DNA from: Fodinicurvata sediminis DSM 21159
GTDB taxonomy: Bacteria > Pseudomonadota > Alphaproteobacteria > Kiloniellales > DSM-21159
DNA: 64,000 nt
Assembly (NCBI RefSeq): GCF_000420625.1
Contig: NZ_ATVH01000014.1
Span: 470,348-534,347, forward strand
Reading direction: 5' to 3'
The position numbers and the translations under genes were made by a program. The notes beneath the pieces are model-generated. The model was not told the DNA's origin and made no database searches. It saw only the letters and a list, made by a program, of their open reading frames with translations. Positions 52,701-58,961 of this stretch are shown in pieces. Each line of letters opens with the position of its first letter. Positions within the stretch are counted from its first letter, which is position 1.

Positions 52701-53333
52701 ACCATCGAAGCACAAATGGTCAGCGACAAGCCCCAGAAAGGGTGAGTGTGTTTCGGACGGCTCGATATAGCCGAACCTGATGAGCGGGCCGTTCTGAATG
52801 TCGAACACCCTGCTCTGGATATCGTCGAATTGGGCAATTCGAGTGATCGAAACTGGCATTTGCTCGTGCACGCGCTGGATCAACTGGCCATCACGCTCGA
52901 CAAAGGTGGAGCGCAGCGCATCGTTCCGGGCAATGATTCGCCCCAGCGCCCGTTTCACGGCATCGAAGGCGGTATCGTCCGGAAGCCGGAAATGCGTGGC
53001 GATATGGTAATCGTCGCCTGCCGGTATATCGCGGCGGGCCAGCCATTGCCCTTCGACCGCAGGATGAGCTGGGAAACTGGCGACTACGGCGCCAATGTCA
53101 CGATCACGTCCGACTGTCTCTTGCCCATCCGTGCCGTCCCGCAGGATCTCGATGATCTCGTGCTTAAGGGCACGAACCTGCATCTTGAGGTCTTCGTCGA
53201 AGGCCCCGCTTGGCGCATCGAAGACAAGATCGCCTCCATTCTCATGCAGCGAGAGCTGGATATCTCGCGATGCTAGGATCTCAAGCAGCTCGAAGACATC
53301 CGGCTTCCGGTGAATTGGGCTTTCGACATTCAT
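37800..53333 (-). CDS. hybrid NRPS-PKS megasynthetase (5177 aa): dock-C-A-T-C-A-T-KS-(DH-like)-KR-ACP-ACP-C-A-T-C
   Basis: N-terminal TubC-like docking segment (ELLEILASRDIQLSLHENGGDLVFDAP...LKHEIIEIL). C1 DHLCFDG, C2 HHAICDGWS, C3 HHILADAFS, C4 HHIVGDGWS. A domains: FTSGSTGKPKG, FTSGSTGRPKG, YTSGSTGQPKG. T domains: GGHS, GGNS, GGHS. KS: DTACSSS, HGTGT, GHLDGAAG. KR: TGGTGG, YSAAN. ACPs: LGGDS x2. No AT or TE domain. Confidence 0.9.
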   Translation of the reverse strand: MNVESPIHRKPDVFELLEILASRDIQLSLHENGGDLVFDAPSGAFDEDLKMQVRALKHEIIEILRDGTDGQETVGRDRDIGAVVASFPAHPAVEGQWLARRDIPAGDDYHIATHFRLPDDTAFDAVKRALGRIIARNDALRSTFVERDGQLIQRVHEQMPVSITRIAQFDDIQSRVFDIQNGPLIRFGYIEPSETHSPFLGLVADHLCFDGQSIALLRKELLEELSGGQPQTPSSAEALSRRAHRELAGERGRKAVEFWEQRYDQLLAEGLPSDPFAEKEDRAKRHLVELTPAQAEALETLARHAEKATQSALWMALVIAVIARHREDGAACLGLPFSGRADRESLHALGCFANVLPIAITPDMDAGFDVLLKQVGREILSIMDVQDYPLTRLIQGLSKHAQGPADLPFDAVSVIEIHEDVEDVTDIDVGAGKFPLLIALVKFASGTYLAVEHQTAAFSVDWVKRFTDRFLNFACALARDPSQPIGDVDLIPADEKHLLETAFNATQSDYPRDSGLGELLAQRINHPDSAERVALEDGRSRITYRELGNRLAAISAELDESGVRAGETVGLAAARGLDSILTILGLVWHGAAYLPIDRSLPARTVADLMNECDARTLLCDPRERARLSELEDSFQVTSLPKGGGEDQDGRARDAVPAKRRGHDLAYVMFTSGSTGKPKGVLVPNRAVARLVLNNVALPFGPEDVIAQAASLGFDASTLEIWAPLLNGGRLQVIEDDTLFDPNALKDTLDTCGVTSLWLTSSLFNRIADDLPTAFASLERLMTGGEALSPAHVMKVMQACPNLTLINGYGPTENTTFTCTHRITGQDVSASNIPIGRPIGNTRVYVLDSRSQVAPTDCWGTLHAAGDGLALGYSGAPERTARSFVQYGNIAEERLYRTGDRARWRSDGTIEFGGRGDGQVKIRGHRIELAAVEQKFSELEGIRNICVLTMGKGADAFLGAAIAADCDHRDSWIAAAARALPEYMIPERVVVLDHLPVNANGKVDRKALHSMIASAEDTPVQAATANSASEQLVLALFESLFAGNEITPASDFFALGGHSLIAMRLAGLIEKETGFRPKLQDIFTSRTVANLAALVDSQGGTTGSSSLPRARGERFPLSSGQARLWVLQRMQPDLAVYSVPATLQIDGSVDAEALQRALHALEERQHALRLRFRSDPGHPDGVSQYLAPGGSWSLRRHRMDEASARSFIACEAARPFDLDDVPMARADLITLASDRHWLMISLHHAICDGWSMPILLQELTALYQAEAASEAAVLPELERHYEDFASWQRAYLESDAGKEALARWKDRLTPLPEPLDLPTDRPRGAERRFAGGFHDFTFDAETTQLIEEKAERSGTTAFSILTALVQLLLHRHCGQTDIPLGMLVAGREHSALDSVIGFFVNTVLLRQSVDPGMRFDDHLAVTSRTIMDALSDQAVPFEDIVSAVNAPRELSRNPLFDVLVAWQDGIPEMGKLGDAELSLVETAFPFSKFDLGFYFWRRHGRLQGQIEFDSDLFDRETIAALVERLNILCRSALASGATTAVSRLPMMPEGERDELDRFNATTQDLPIERSIPEPFLDQVRRTPDAVALQDGRESLTYTEFARRASGIATKLAERSVRPGQVVGLAMRRSVDMLAAIHGILLAGAAYSPLDPDHPEQRRREMLEDLGDGPVLTTPDLVELFDDGRVLVVEGHEDTDIPELAGGPDDLAYVLFTSGSTGRPKGVEIAHRGVLNRILWMQDAFPIGPDDVVLQKTPITFDVSVWELFWWSWTGAKLVLPPPGAERDPQQLAETIHDNGVTTLHFVPSMLATFLFAIESGMVAIDKLSSLRRVFASGEALDAPIVERFNDLLYERFGTELHNLYGPTEATVDVTWQPCSPSPGRSVVPIGKPIANTTVQILTEELQPLPIGVTGEIVLGGVQVARGYRNRPELSAEKFPEDPCNPGQRLYRTGDLGRWRRDGTIEYLGRIDHQVKIRGFRIECGEVEAALESHPSVERAPVKAVKIGELDELHAFILGSDDLTPLGLRDYLRGRLPEYMMPARFFVIEHLPLTSSGKIDRKALAGAPLAASPNAADRSAEAAVESTEKDDPQAGLLEAQLTRFWQEVLPDVAPAREDGFFDVGGNSLLLLRLFEKIEARWPGKLRIADLFANPSIARQAELLAGQSADAKSGDLAEAAEVKLAEFAPIAVIGMGVQLAGAEDLDAFWRDIAEGQDHVRPLPVTREAETRALLSAIGIKAPKHFREAAYLESIFDFDAQRFRMAPADASLLDPEQRLFMETALMALENAGYGGNALRGQRVGVFAGGGANPAWRLVMEHAASGKAEQAFALNVPSNIVARLSYLKDWHGPARVIDTACSSSLVAVHDACQSLRDGSSRIAIAGGAKLLPCPSDADSAFTIDSSTARTRAFDADADGTGVGEGSAVFVLKPLDAAMKDGDPVHAVIRGSAVNQDGASSGAAAPNPMQQAEVIRQAAESADIDLSSLSYFEAHGTGTSLGDPIEIDGITRAFEGRDQLFESAFIGSGKGNYGHLDGAAGALGLARAILALRHDRAPPQPFFENPNPKIDFDRSPVRVPERLEKLPDRGQARRAGVSSFGLSGINAHMVVEAAQAFIDTISAHTDAGLIHVVALSAGSEAALRDYAAKLHQRIRSDDSLAVRDIAFTLATGRDDLKYRFAVAVQNREELLDQLTQLADGRRQAGFAKTPGEGKAGSASATTAAEAQGHIIRYLDGAPLGWPDGRQARRVSLPSAPFVKKPCKPDFKAGQRTLETWLRGPVETATAQCFSLAISDPDFWPVNEHKLNGQPTLVGMAVPALIAQAVKQLDGGGRTVGIDDLTWHHPLVASAVPDGKVTLSIYEDGQVELAGRLKNGKWRVFATARWNRHVIASNRPGPDLTSIRGKATVTHSLAGFTGQYGPVAMSERWDCSLSFQSDPESTSAIKHLRLADKYHTDLDDWLFHPALADVACSMALDIMAEGSIPLGIERVMVHGLSSAEVFACGQLHSPGKFDVTLFDADSLEPVLTVTGIRFGNAGGEARTGAPEPLKTLWETTAVRQQDIPEGCLFITDGDFWPVPHGCRAVHPDDLDRRVLSDMSHAVLALQPGSDAPRRNAEALRSVLRNMSGGLRLVTLGCGAFQMAGDDVAMAPDQSGTAGVVTAVAHEEPRLAISYADMTPETLRSCLGAELACKPARDPVTVYRDESCFVRKLVPLEESDRREDAGWPDYGVCLVTGGTGGFALALAEEMSAGGKVHLALLGRRDEAGLDEDTRRGLEALRGKGMGLSLFACDVADSAELGKTLDRIRKELGPITAVVHAAGIADGGFLALRDMAQFDAVQSAKVAGAVNLDQLTRNDPLQAFMMFGSLTAVVGAPGQTAYSAANAYLDGFAQLRRNQGRPAQTIDWCALSDQGMAARNDVPMQEGAWIRPGDAARLWRSVLGSSTAQLTMLDPVLLQDDPQSVPEAITPSVSSQAALPPAVESDVEARIAKIWAAVLGYDSVAPQDDFFALGGDSITGMQIVDEINGELGLSLTLSDLFTASSVSEVAALARSAPDGAGRGGELPEDAAGTGDRPAAGLEKALAAIWAETLGYDAVDPDEDFYALGGDSITGMEITDRIVRELGHEVSLTDLFEHSSIRKLKEKLAPSDGEAEAVKDSPLEAEAETPADVVDQAPPEEADPRCAPELSRYPLALEQLSVMNAAQKGNMGTAFNLPHAFVLGEDCDLDGLRAAIRSLTERHEILRTRILPDGDDWQMEVLPAAQVISELPVTQVNAPVEEACTALVEPFDLENEIPVRWRFLADPSGKTALFFDIHHILADAFSVERLLGELFALHCGEDLAPLRYQLRDYAWWSHTDDNRQRLASAKSYWQSLYADSLPKLDLPADRRRPAYHTFRGDIVGFELDPELLGEARKFAANQRVTMFTLVLTTWFVVLSRLAETEDLVIGVPVDARDATGFRDVAGMMVSLLPLRMQVRGRDTVEGLLARMQHHHVNALRHRAYFLDQLLDDLSPPAAPDRTLLSEVTLSYMNYQAANPGSDSSGIAPKVISLDRRHSKNDISIFVRDLPERMAITFDYYADLYDRARIEQLGEVFSNTLKRLIHSNAQQVGSIELLPEDQTRHLQVWENGPAATVPDDTSLFGLFASKVTVSPEHCAARDSEGAWTYSELLAEARAVARHLAAAGVEPGDFIAMHVERGRQAIAAMLGVAAIGAGYVPLDPAYPVERNRFILEDSGARIVLVDDVGQAAFAEMSDCVAQVCHVAEIPPDDGSFEPPALQDPHAAPAYLMYTSGSTGQPKGVLIEQGAVLRLALGEDYAWVAPGDVVAQAGPLSFDAATFEIWTTLLCGAEIAVIDRHTLLDPAAFARSLERFGVDKMFMSVGLFNRQIDHDPASLSGLKVLMIGGDSISKSHARRFMEACPDTQLLNAYGPTESTTFTTVTRIRASELDENMDSTVIGRPIADTRTVIRDESGLRVPIGAWGELQIGGDRLAREYWGRPELTAERFVPDPDCPSARLYRTGDLARWTRDGRIEFGGRRDNQVKLRGFRIELDEIEQQLRQAPSIRNAVALFNPDGLNGSEIIACIQESDEAGTVSDSRLGGLQAWLGQRLPSYMLPAKWYLVDDIPITENGKVDRKALLDRVLMQSPIDAQGPDEEETALAPTEQLVADIFSEVFETTIQSRNASFAVLGGHSLMAIRIVNRIMDRTGKRLSMADFFANPSIAGLARHIDDMSTDDNHAAGTVIPPAPKMDVYPTSHAQRRLYLLSQMEAGSGAYGMLFALRCSGALKAEALQSALRALVERHETLRTAFIEQDGSIVQRIDQTTSPTVAFNDVSDHSDPLREALRLAREEAATPVALDRPPLIRAQMIKVGSDEQLLILATHHIVGDGWSSRILLRELNLFYQAALGGETPDLAPLPITYKDFAHWQVEQNWLEAAAYWRAKLEGAPEQIKLPTDRPAPEVQSYRGAHVHLPIAPEVLSGLHGLAQARNTTLSAVGLAIFSAMLYRLTRQQDMVIGMGVAGRERTETEGLIGFFVNVLPIRVHLDEESDLEALIDDVHLNITSALDRQDYPFDELVRAVAPKRHANRQPLVNVVFEYQRFDALARMDENSGLPAISSEREGLLSGNLDKFVDNTTAKHDLILFLTEEAGQARFTLEYDTDLFEAQTMQRWLGFLERFARAAAENFHKDS

Positions 53334-56300
53334 TAAAGCGCCCCGTGCTCACGTCCTCGCGAGCCATTCGTCGTCAGAGCAGTCGACGCCCCGTCCGCAT
53401 GCGCTGTACGCTCAGAAAGGAATTTCGCCACAGCTTCTGGCGTCTGGTACTCAATCATCACCGAGGCCGGGACTTCGACCTTGAACACCTCGGAGATGCG
53501 TGACGCGATCCGCACCGCCAACAGGGAATCCCCGCCCAGGTCAGTAAAGTCCTGATCTGCCGTGATGCCCGAATTCCCGAACATCTCGCTCCAGATTCTA
53601 AGAACCTTGAAAAGATGCATCTGCTCCGCGGACGCGGTCTGTCCATCGTTGACGATTTCCGGAGTGCCCGTTTCCAGTGTGCCCGCCGTATCCTCGGCGC
53701 GCAGCGAAGCGGGATGCAGGCGCTCTTTGCCTGTCCGGCTCGACTGTTCAGCACTTGATCTCGCCCAATGGCGTCGCCGGTCAAATGCATAAGTCGGCAC
53801 CGGAATGCGACGCACCATGTCACTCGGCACGACAGTTCCGAAATCAAGCTTCACGCCCTGAACCCACATCTGCGCCAACGCGGTCTGCAGGGCGACGTGA
53901 CCGGCATCGACTTCACTGCCAGTTTGTTCTGACATTTGCCGTGGATGGGTTGCAATGCAGAGCTTGGCATCCGCACCGTTCGCGGCGGCGAGCCGGCAGG
54001 CGATGTCACCATGACCACAGTCCACCATCAGGGCTCCGGGCATGGCCGCCTGCAGTCCTTTGATGTTATCGGCGAAGCGGACCGAGTTGCGCATGTGCTG
54101 CACCCAGTAATCGGGATTGACCGCCTCAGCATCACGCAGCCACTGACCGGTCAGATTGGACTGTATCGGAATGCCGGGCGGGGACAACGCGATCTGGCCA
54201 ACAGCTTTCCGAAAGTCCGCGAGCACCGATTCCATCAAGGCGGAATGGAAGGCGCGTGAAACCATGAGCCGCCGTCCGACCTTGCCTTCTTGCTGCAGAC
54301 GCTTCTCGAAATCGTCGATCGCTTTGATCGAGCCGGAAACCACGCACTGCCGCGGGCTGTTGATCGCGGCAAGCGAGAGCTCTGGACCATGGGCCTCCAG
54401 AAGTGCTCCGACTTCCGCCTCACCGGCCGCGAGCGCATACATGGCACCAGGGTTTGTCGAGGCCATCAGCCGCCCGCGTATCACCATGAGACGCAAGGCA
54501 TCCTCGAACGACATGACACCGGCCAGGCAGGCCGCGACATATTCCCCGATGCTGTGCCCAGCCAGCGCGGCCGGTTGGACACCGCAGGCCATCAGGTGGC
54601 GGGCCATGGCATATTCACAAATGAACAGAGCCGGCTGCGCATGGTCGGTTTGCGCAAGACGTTCCGCAGATTCGGATGTCGGCTCAGTTGCAAGAAGCAG
54701 GGATCTGAGATCTTCAGGACCGGAAAAATGCGCTACAGTTTCACAGGCCTGATCGATCAGTTCGGCAGAGGCCGCGTCGGCAGAATGGAGCATGCGTGCC
54801 ATACCCGGTTGCTGCGCCCCCTGCCCCGGAAAGAGGAATGCGGTGATCGCCTCGCTGCTGTCCGCCAACCCTTCGACACGCGCAGGAGACTTCGCATCGG
54901 CAAGAGCCCAGCCGGCAGCTTGGATTGTCTTGGCAACGATGGCGGCACGGTAGGGATATTGTCGCCGCCTGGAAAGGCTGTAGGCCAGATCGCGAATATC
55001 GGCATCCGCCCCTTTGTGCGACAACCAAACAGATGTTCGCGCCATCAAGGATGTCAGCGCCCCCGGGGTGGCTGCGGAAAAACACAGCAAGTGGGGGATC
55101 GGATCGGCAATGCGCTCATCACGCGTTGTCGTTTCCGGGGCGGCTTCAAGAACGACATGCGCGTTGGTGCCGCCAATCCCGAAACTGCTGACACCCGCGC
55201 GAAGTGGTGTCGCTCCGTCCCCTGCCAACGCGACAGGCTGGCCGTTGATCTGGAAGGGCCCATCCTCAAGCGGCAGGCGCGGATTGGGCTCCTCGAAATG
55301 GCAGGTCGGCGGCAGCGTACGGTATTTCAGCGCCAGCAGCGCTTTGATGAGTCCGACCATTCCCGCCGCAGCATCCAGATGCCCGAAATTCCCCTTGACC
55401 GATCCCAGCCAGATTGGGGCTTTGCCTGATGTATCGCCGCTGCCGAAAACCTGATTGAGCGCCGATACCTCGATCGGATCGCCAAGAGGGGTTCCGGTGC
55501 CGTGCCCCTCGATGAAGCGGATGCTTTCCGGGGCGACCTTCCCATCGGCCAGAGCTGTCCGGATAGCACTGGCCTGGCCATTTGCAGTCGGGGCGCTGAA
55601 AGCCGCCTTCGCTGTGCCATCGTTGGAAAGCCCGACCCCCTTGATAACGCCATGAATGGTATCCCCGTCGGCGACGGCATCGCTTAGCTTTTTCAGGACA
55701 ACGACCGCGCCACCACTGGCGCCAACAACACCGTCTGAGCGATGGTCGAAGGGGCGGCATATACCACTGCGCGACCCGATTCCGCCTTCAGTGAAGTAGT
55801 ACCCACCTGAAGGCGCAAGCCCCAAGGAAGCAGCCCCCGCAAGGGCAACGCGGCACTGCCCCGCGCGCAGGGCCTGCACGGCAAGTGCAATGTTGACCAG
55901 ACCGGTTGAGCATGCGGTGGACGTGGACAGTGCCGGGCCAGTCAGGTTCAGCTTGTAGGCCAGCCGACTGGCCGCATAATCCTTGTCATTGGCGATTGCG
56001 AACCCGTACCGCACGGCCCCCGAACCCGTGCCCGCTTCTGCGCGGCCGAGAACATCGAGCATATAGCTGTTGAAACCAACGCCCACATAGACCCCAACCG
56101 GGCCGTCCTGCTCCGGCTGGCAGCCGCTGTCTTCCATGGCGGTCAACGCCGTCTCGAGCAGCAGGCGATGCTGCGGATCGGTTTCGCGCGCCTCCCGATC
56201 CGTCATGGAGAACAGGGTTGCATCAAAGGAATCCACGTCATCGAGAATGCCATGACGTGCGACAAAGGCCGGATCCTCCAGCTGTGAAGGATCCCCACCC

Positions 56301-58213
56301 AGGCTTTCCAGGCGGGCCGCATCGATCTCGCGAATCATGTCCGTCCCGCTTTCCAGCAGCGACCAAAGCGCATCGCGATCCTCTGCACCCGGCAGGCGGA
56401 TCCCCATGCCGACAATGGCGATGTCGGATGTATCGGTTTCAGCGCCCTCGGCCCGCTGTTTCGTGTCCAGATCCGCTAGAGGGATAGCCGGGCTCGCTTG
56501 CCCCAGAAGATAGCGCGCGAAATCCTTGACGGAAGGGTGCTCGAATATCTCGACGGATCTGATCTCGCGTCCGGCCAGTTTCGTCAGGGCAAACTGCGCC
56601 CGTGGAACGAGCAGAGAATGTGCACCGATTTCGAACAGATTGGCATCCACCGGGATATCATCACTCTGAAGGAGCTCGGCCCAGACAGCCTTGACCTTCT
56701 GCGTGAAATCACGCTCGGCCAGCTTGCCAACCGTTGAGTCTTGGGCCATACGCTCCTGTGAAGTCGGCGTCGTTGCCTGTACCGGAGGATCCTGCAGCTG
56801 TACCCCGCTACCCGCTACGATGCCACCGCCCGGACGCAGCTCTTCGCCCGCATCGCCGACCAGAGCCGCAAGGGCGGCTATCTCCTGCTCAGGATCCGCG
56901 ATGACGGCATCGAGGATATGGCGAAAGCATTCAGCGATTCTTACGACCGTTTCGTGTTCCAGGCGGTCGGCATTGTATTGCCAGATCAGTTCGGCTTCGT
57001 TCTCGGTTTCGCTGAGCGCTTGGGCAAAGTAGACCAGTCCAAGGTCATTGACTGGCGCGTTATAGATATTCATCCGCTTGGCTTTGGTGTCGTCAAACTC
57101 CAGCGGTGTCATCGAATCCAGGCTGTTGAAGAATGCCCCGCCGCCAAGGAGGCTGTGCCCCCCCAGGCGCGCCGCACGCATGCGTGCCGGCCCGAGACGA
57201 ATGTGACGGACATCCCGGCGCACACGTCCGAAGATATCCTTGGCCAGTTCCGAAATGCGTTGATGCTTGTTCAGGTCGATATCTAGGGGAACGACACAGG
57301 AAAAGGCACCGGGGGTATTCCGCTCGTCACGGCCGATCCGGTTCAGCATCGGCACAGTCAGGATGGGGTGACTTTCTCCTGAAATCTGGCCAAGCAGAAC
57401 TGCAAACGTGGCCATCATCAACGAAGGCGAAGAGGTGCCGGCTTTCTTGGCTGCACCGATAATGGCATCCAGCTCATCGCCGCTCAGACTTTGCGGGAAT
57501 TGCCTGTGGTGCGACTGCGCACTGTCTGGGCGCGCAGAAAAACGTGTGACCGGCCTGCCGTCTGCCAGGCGATACTTCCAATAGGCCAGGTCCCGTGTGT
57601 AGGCATCACTCTCGGGATAGGCCGCGTCCGATAGGATGAAGTTCCGATAGGAGCGGAAGGAACAGTCCGGAATCGCCGTATTCGAACCCAGCGCGCGATA
57701 GATCTCCTGCACGCGCTCGGCCAGCAGATGCCCGGCAAAACCGTCGCAAACAAGGTGGTGGTACACCCGAACCCACCAACAGACCTTGTCCTCGAGACGG
57801 AACAGGCGGTGACGGCAAAGAAACCCGTTTTCGGGATCAAGAAGACGCGTACGGGTGGCTTCGAGTTCCTGATAGGCAGCCGCCTCGACATCATCGGCAA
57901 ATCGAAGATCGATTACGCTGAAATCGGTGGCACGAACTTCCGAAGCAAAATGCTGCCTCACGTCTCCATCGACGTTGGAAAAGCGCAGTCGAAGGGCATC
58001 GTTCTCGCGGTCTGCCTTTACAATGGCCTGCCAGAGCCTGTCGACATCAAGGTTGCCCTCGAATTGGATGACATTGCAGATATTGTAGCTGGACGGATCT
58101 TGCTCTTTTTTCCAGTCGAGCCAGATACCTGCCTGTATTGTTGTCAGTGCGAACTGTTCATTCGTGTCACTATTTGCTGAGTCACTGGATTCCTGCGAAT
58201 TGATCGCTTTCAA
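53333..58213 (-). CDS. hybrid loading/extension subunit (1626 aa): C - T - KS - AT - ACP, no A domain
   Basis: C domain with HHLVCDG (aa ~151-157), carrier EIGAHSL (~530), KS TACSTG/EGHGTGT/GHLDAAAG, AT GQGAQ/GHSIGE/RAFHS (malonyl-type motifs), ACP LGGDSL. Stop overlaps the megasynthetase start (TAATG). Confidence 0.9.
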   Translation of the reverse strand: MKAINSQESSDSANSDTNEQFALTTIQAGIWLDWKKEQDPSSYNICNVIQFEGNLDVDRLWQAIVKADRENDALRLRFSNVDGDVRQHFASEVRATDFSVIDLRFADDVEAAAYQELEATRTRLLDPENGFLCRHRLFRLEDKVCWWVRVYHHLVCDGFAGHLLAERVQEIYRALGSNTAIPDCSFRSYRNFILSDAAYPESDAYTRDLAYWKYRLADGRPVTRFSARPDSAQSHHRQFPQSLSGDELDAIIGAAKKAGTSSPSLMMATFAVLLGQISGESHPILTVPMLNRIGRDERNTPGAFSCVVPLDIDLNKHQRISELAKDIFGRVRRDVRHIRLGPARMRAARLGGHSLLGGGAFFNSLDSMTPLEFDDTKAKRMNIYNAPVNDLGLVYFAQALSETENEAELIWQYNADRLEHETVVRIAECFRHILDAVIADPEQEIAALAALVGDAGEELRPGGGIVAGSGVQLQDPPVQATTPTSQERMAQDSTVGKLAERDFTQKVKAVWAELLQSDDIPVDANLFEIGAHSLLVPRAQFALTKLAGREIRSVEIFEHPSVKDFARYLLGQASPAIPLADLDTKQRAEGAETDTSDIAIVGMGIRLPGAEDRDALWSLLESGTDMIREIDAARLESLGGDPSQLEDPAFVARHGILDDVDSFDATLFSMTDREARETDPQHRLLLETALTAMEDSGCQPEQDGPVGVYVGVGFNSYMLDVLGRAEAGTGSGAVRYGFAIANDKDYAASRLAYKLNLTGPALSTSTACSTGLVNIALAVQALRAGQCRVALAGAASLGLAPSGGYYFTEGGIGSRSGICRPFDHRSDGVVGASGGAVVVLKKLSDAVADGDTIHGVIKGVGLSNDGTAKAAFSAPTANGQASAIRTALADGKVAPESIRFIEGHGTGTPLGDPIEVSALNQVFGSGDTSGKAPIWLGSVKGNFGHLDAAAGMVGLIKALLALKYRTLPPTCHFEEPNPRLPLEDGPFQINGQPVALAGDGATPLRAGVSSFGIGGTNAHVVLEAAPETTTRDERIADPIPHLLCFSAATPGALTSLMARTSVWLSHKGADADIRDLAYSLSRRRQYPYRAAIVAKTIQAAGWALADAKSPARVEGLADSSEAITAFLFPGQGAQQPGMARMLHSADAASAELIDQACETVAHFSGPEDLRSLLLATEPTSESAERLAQTDHAQPALFICEYAMARHLMACGVQPAALAGHSIGEYVAACLAGVMSFEDALRLMVIRGRLMASTNPGAMYALAAGEAEVGALLEAHGPELSLAAINSPRQCVVSGSIKAIDDFEKRLQQEGKVGRRLMVSRAFHSALMESVLADFRKAVGQIALSPPGIPIQSNLTGQWLRDAEAVNPDYWVQHMRNSVRFADNIKGLQAAMPGALMVDCGHGDIACRLAAANGADAKLCIATHPRQMSEQTGSEVDAGHVALQTALAQMWVQGVKLDFGTVVPSDMVRRIPVPTYAFDRRRHWARSSAEQSSRTGKERLHPASLRAEDTAGTLETGTPEIVNDGQTASAEQMHLFKVLRIWSEMFGNSGITADQDFTDLGGDSLLAVRIASRISEVFKVEVPASVMIEYQTPEAVAKFLSERTAHADGASTALTTNGSRGREHGAL

Positions 58214-58582
58214 AAGCCTTGCCCCTCAACAGCGAACTGTCATTGGTATTCTTTCACCCCTGCATTGTGGTCCACAGGGTTGTTCCTTGGTCTCATGCCT
58301 GCAGCAGAGCGGAGAGCAATTTCGTGGCAAATATGCCCTTCATTGATACGCTATTGCAAGCTGCAACCTGATCTGTTTTGGCAAAATCTGCGCGAGGTCA
58401 ATTACCGCCACAGGAGTTGTTTCTTCCGATATTCTGAGTGTGATTGCGCCAACGACACGCCCCTTGGCACACTATTGTGAACACCGGCATGTGTTCTCCT
58501 TCCGGCGAACTGGTCGCAGTGCACATCTTTCGTGAAGTCGATCTGAATGGTCTGCTGGCTGCCCGGCTTCAACCGCGTGTGT

Positions 58583-58945
58583 CTACAGGCGGCGTCTTCT
58601 TGCCGAGAGCACGGCCACGAGCAGGAAGGCTAGGATCGCAGCGACGGCACCTGGAACAAGCGCCAGGGCGACGGCGGCGAGAATATCGACGATGGAGCCC
58701 AGCGCGCCCAGATCGGCGTGGGTCCAGGCCGGGGCCAGCAGGGTTGCAACGAAGGTTGTCACGGCTCCAAGCGCCAGGGCAATCAGGATCGGTCGGCCGA
58801 AGGGCTGGCCCTTACGGCGCAGCAAAACAAAGCCGACGATGATCCCGGCCAGAAACAGCAGTGCCAGGATGACGGCCGGCCAGAACCAGGACCCGAAACT
58901 CTCGTAAAGGATGAAGAAAAGGCTGACGGGATCGAATTCGCTCAT
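58583..58945 (-). CDS. small integral membrane protein (3-4 TM), hypothetical
   Basis: 120 aa, almost entirely hydrophobic helices. Lies 16 nt downstream of the SQR-like gene on the same strand. Confidence 0.45.
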   Translation of the reverse strand: MSEFDPVSLFFILYESFGSWFWPAVILALLFLAGIIVGFVLLRRKGQPFGRPILIALALGAVTTFVATLLAPAWTHADLGALGSIVDILAAVALALVPGAVAAILAFLLVAVLSARRRRL

Positions 58946-58961
58946 TGTTCCATCCTTACCC

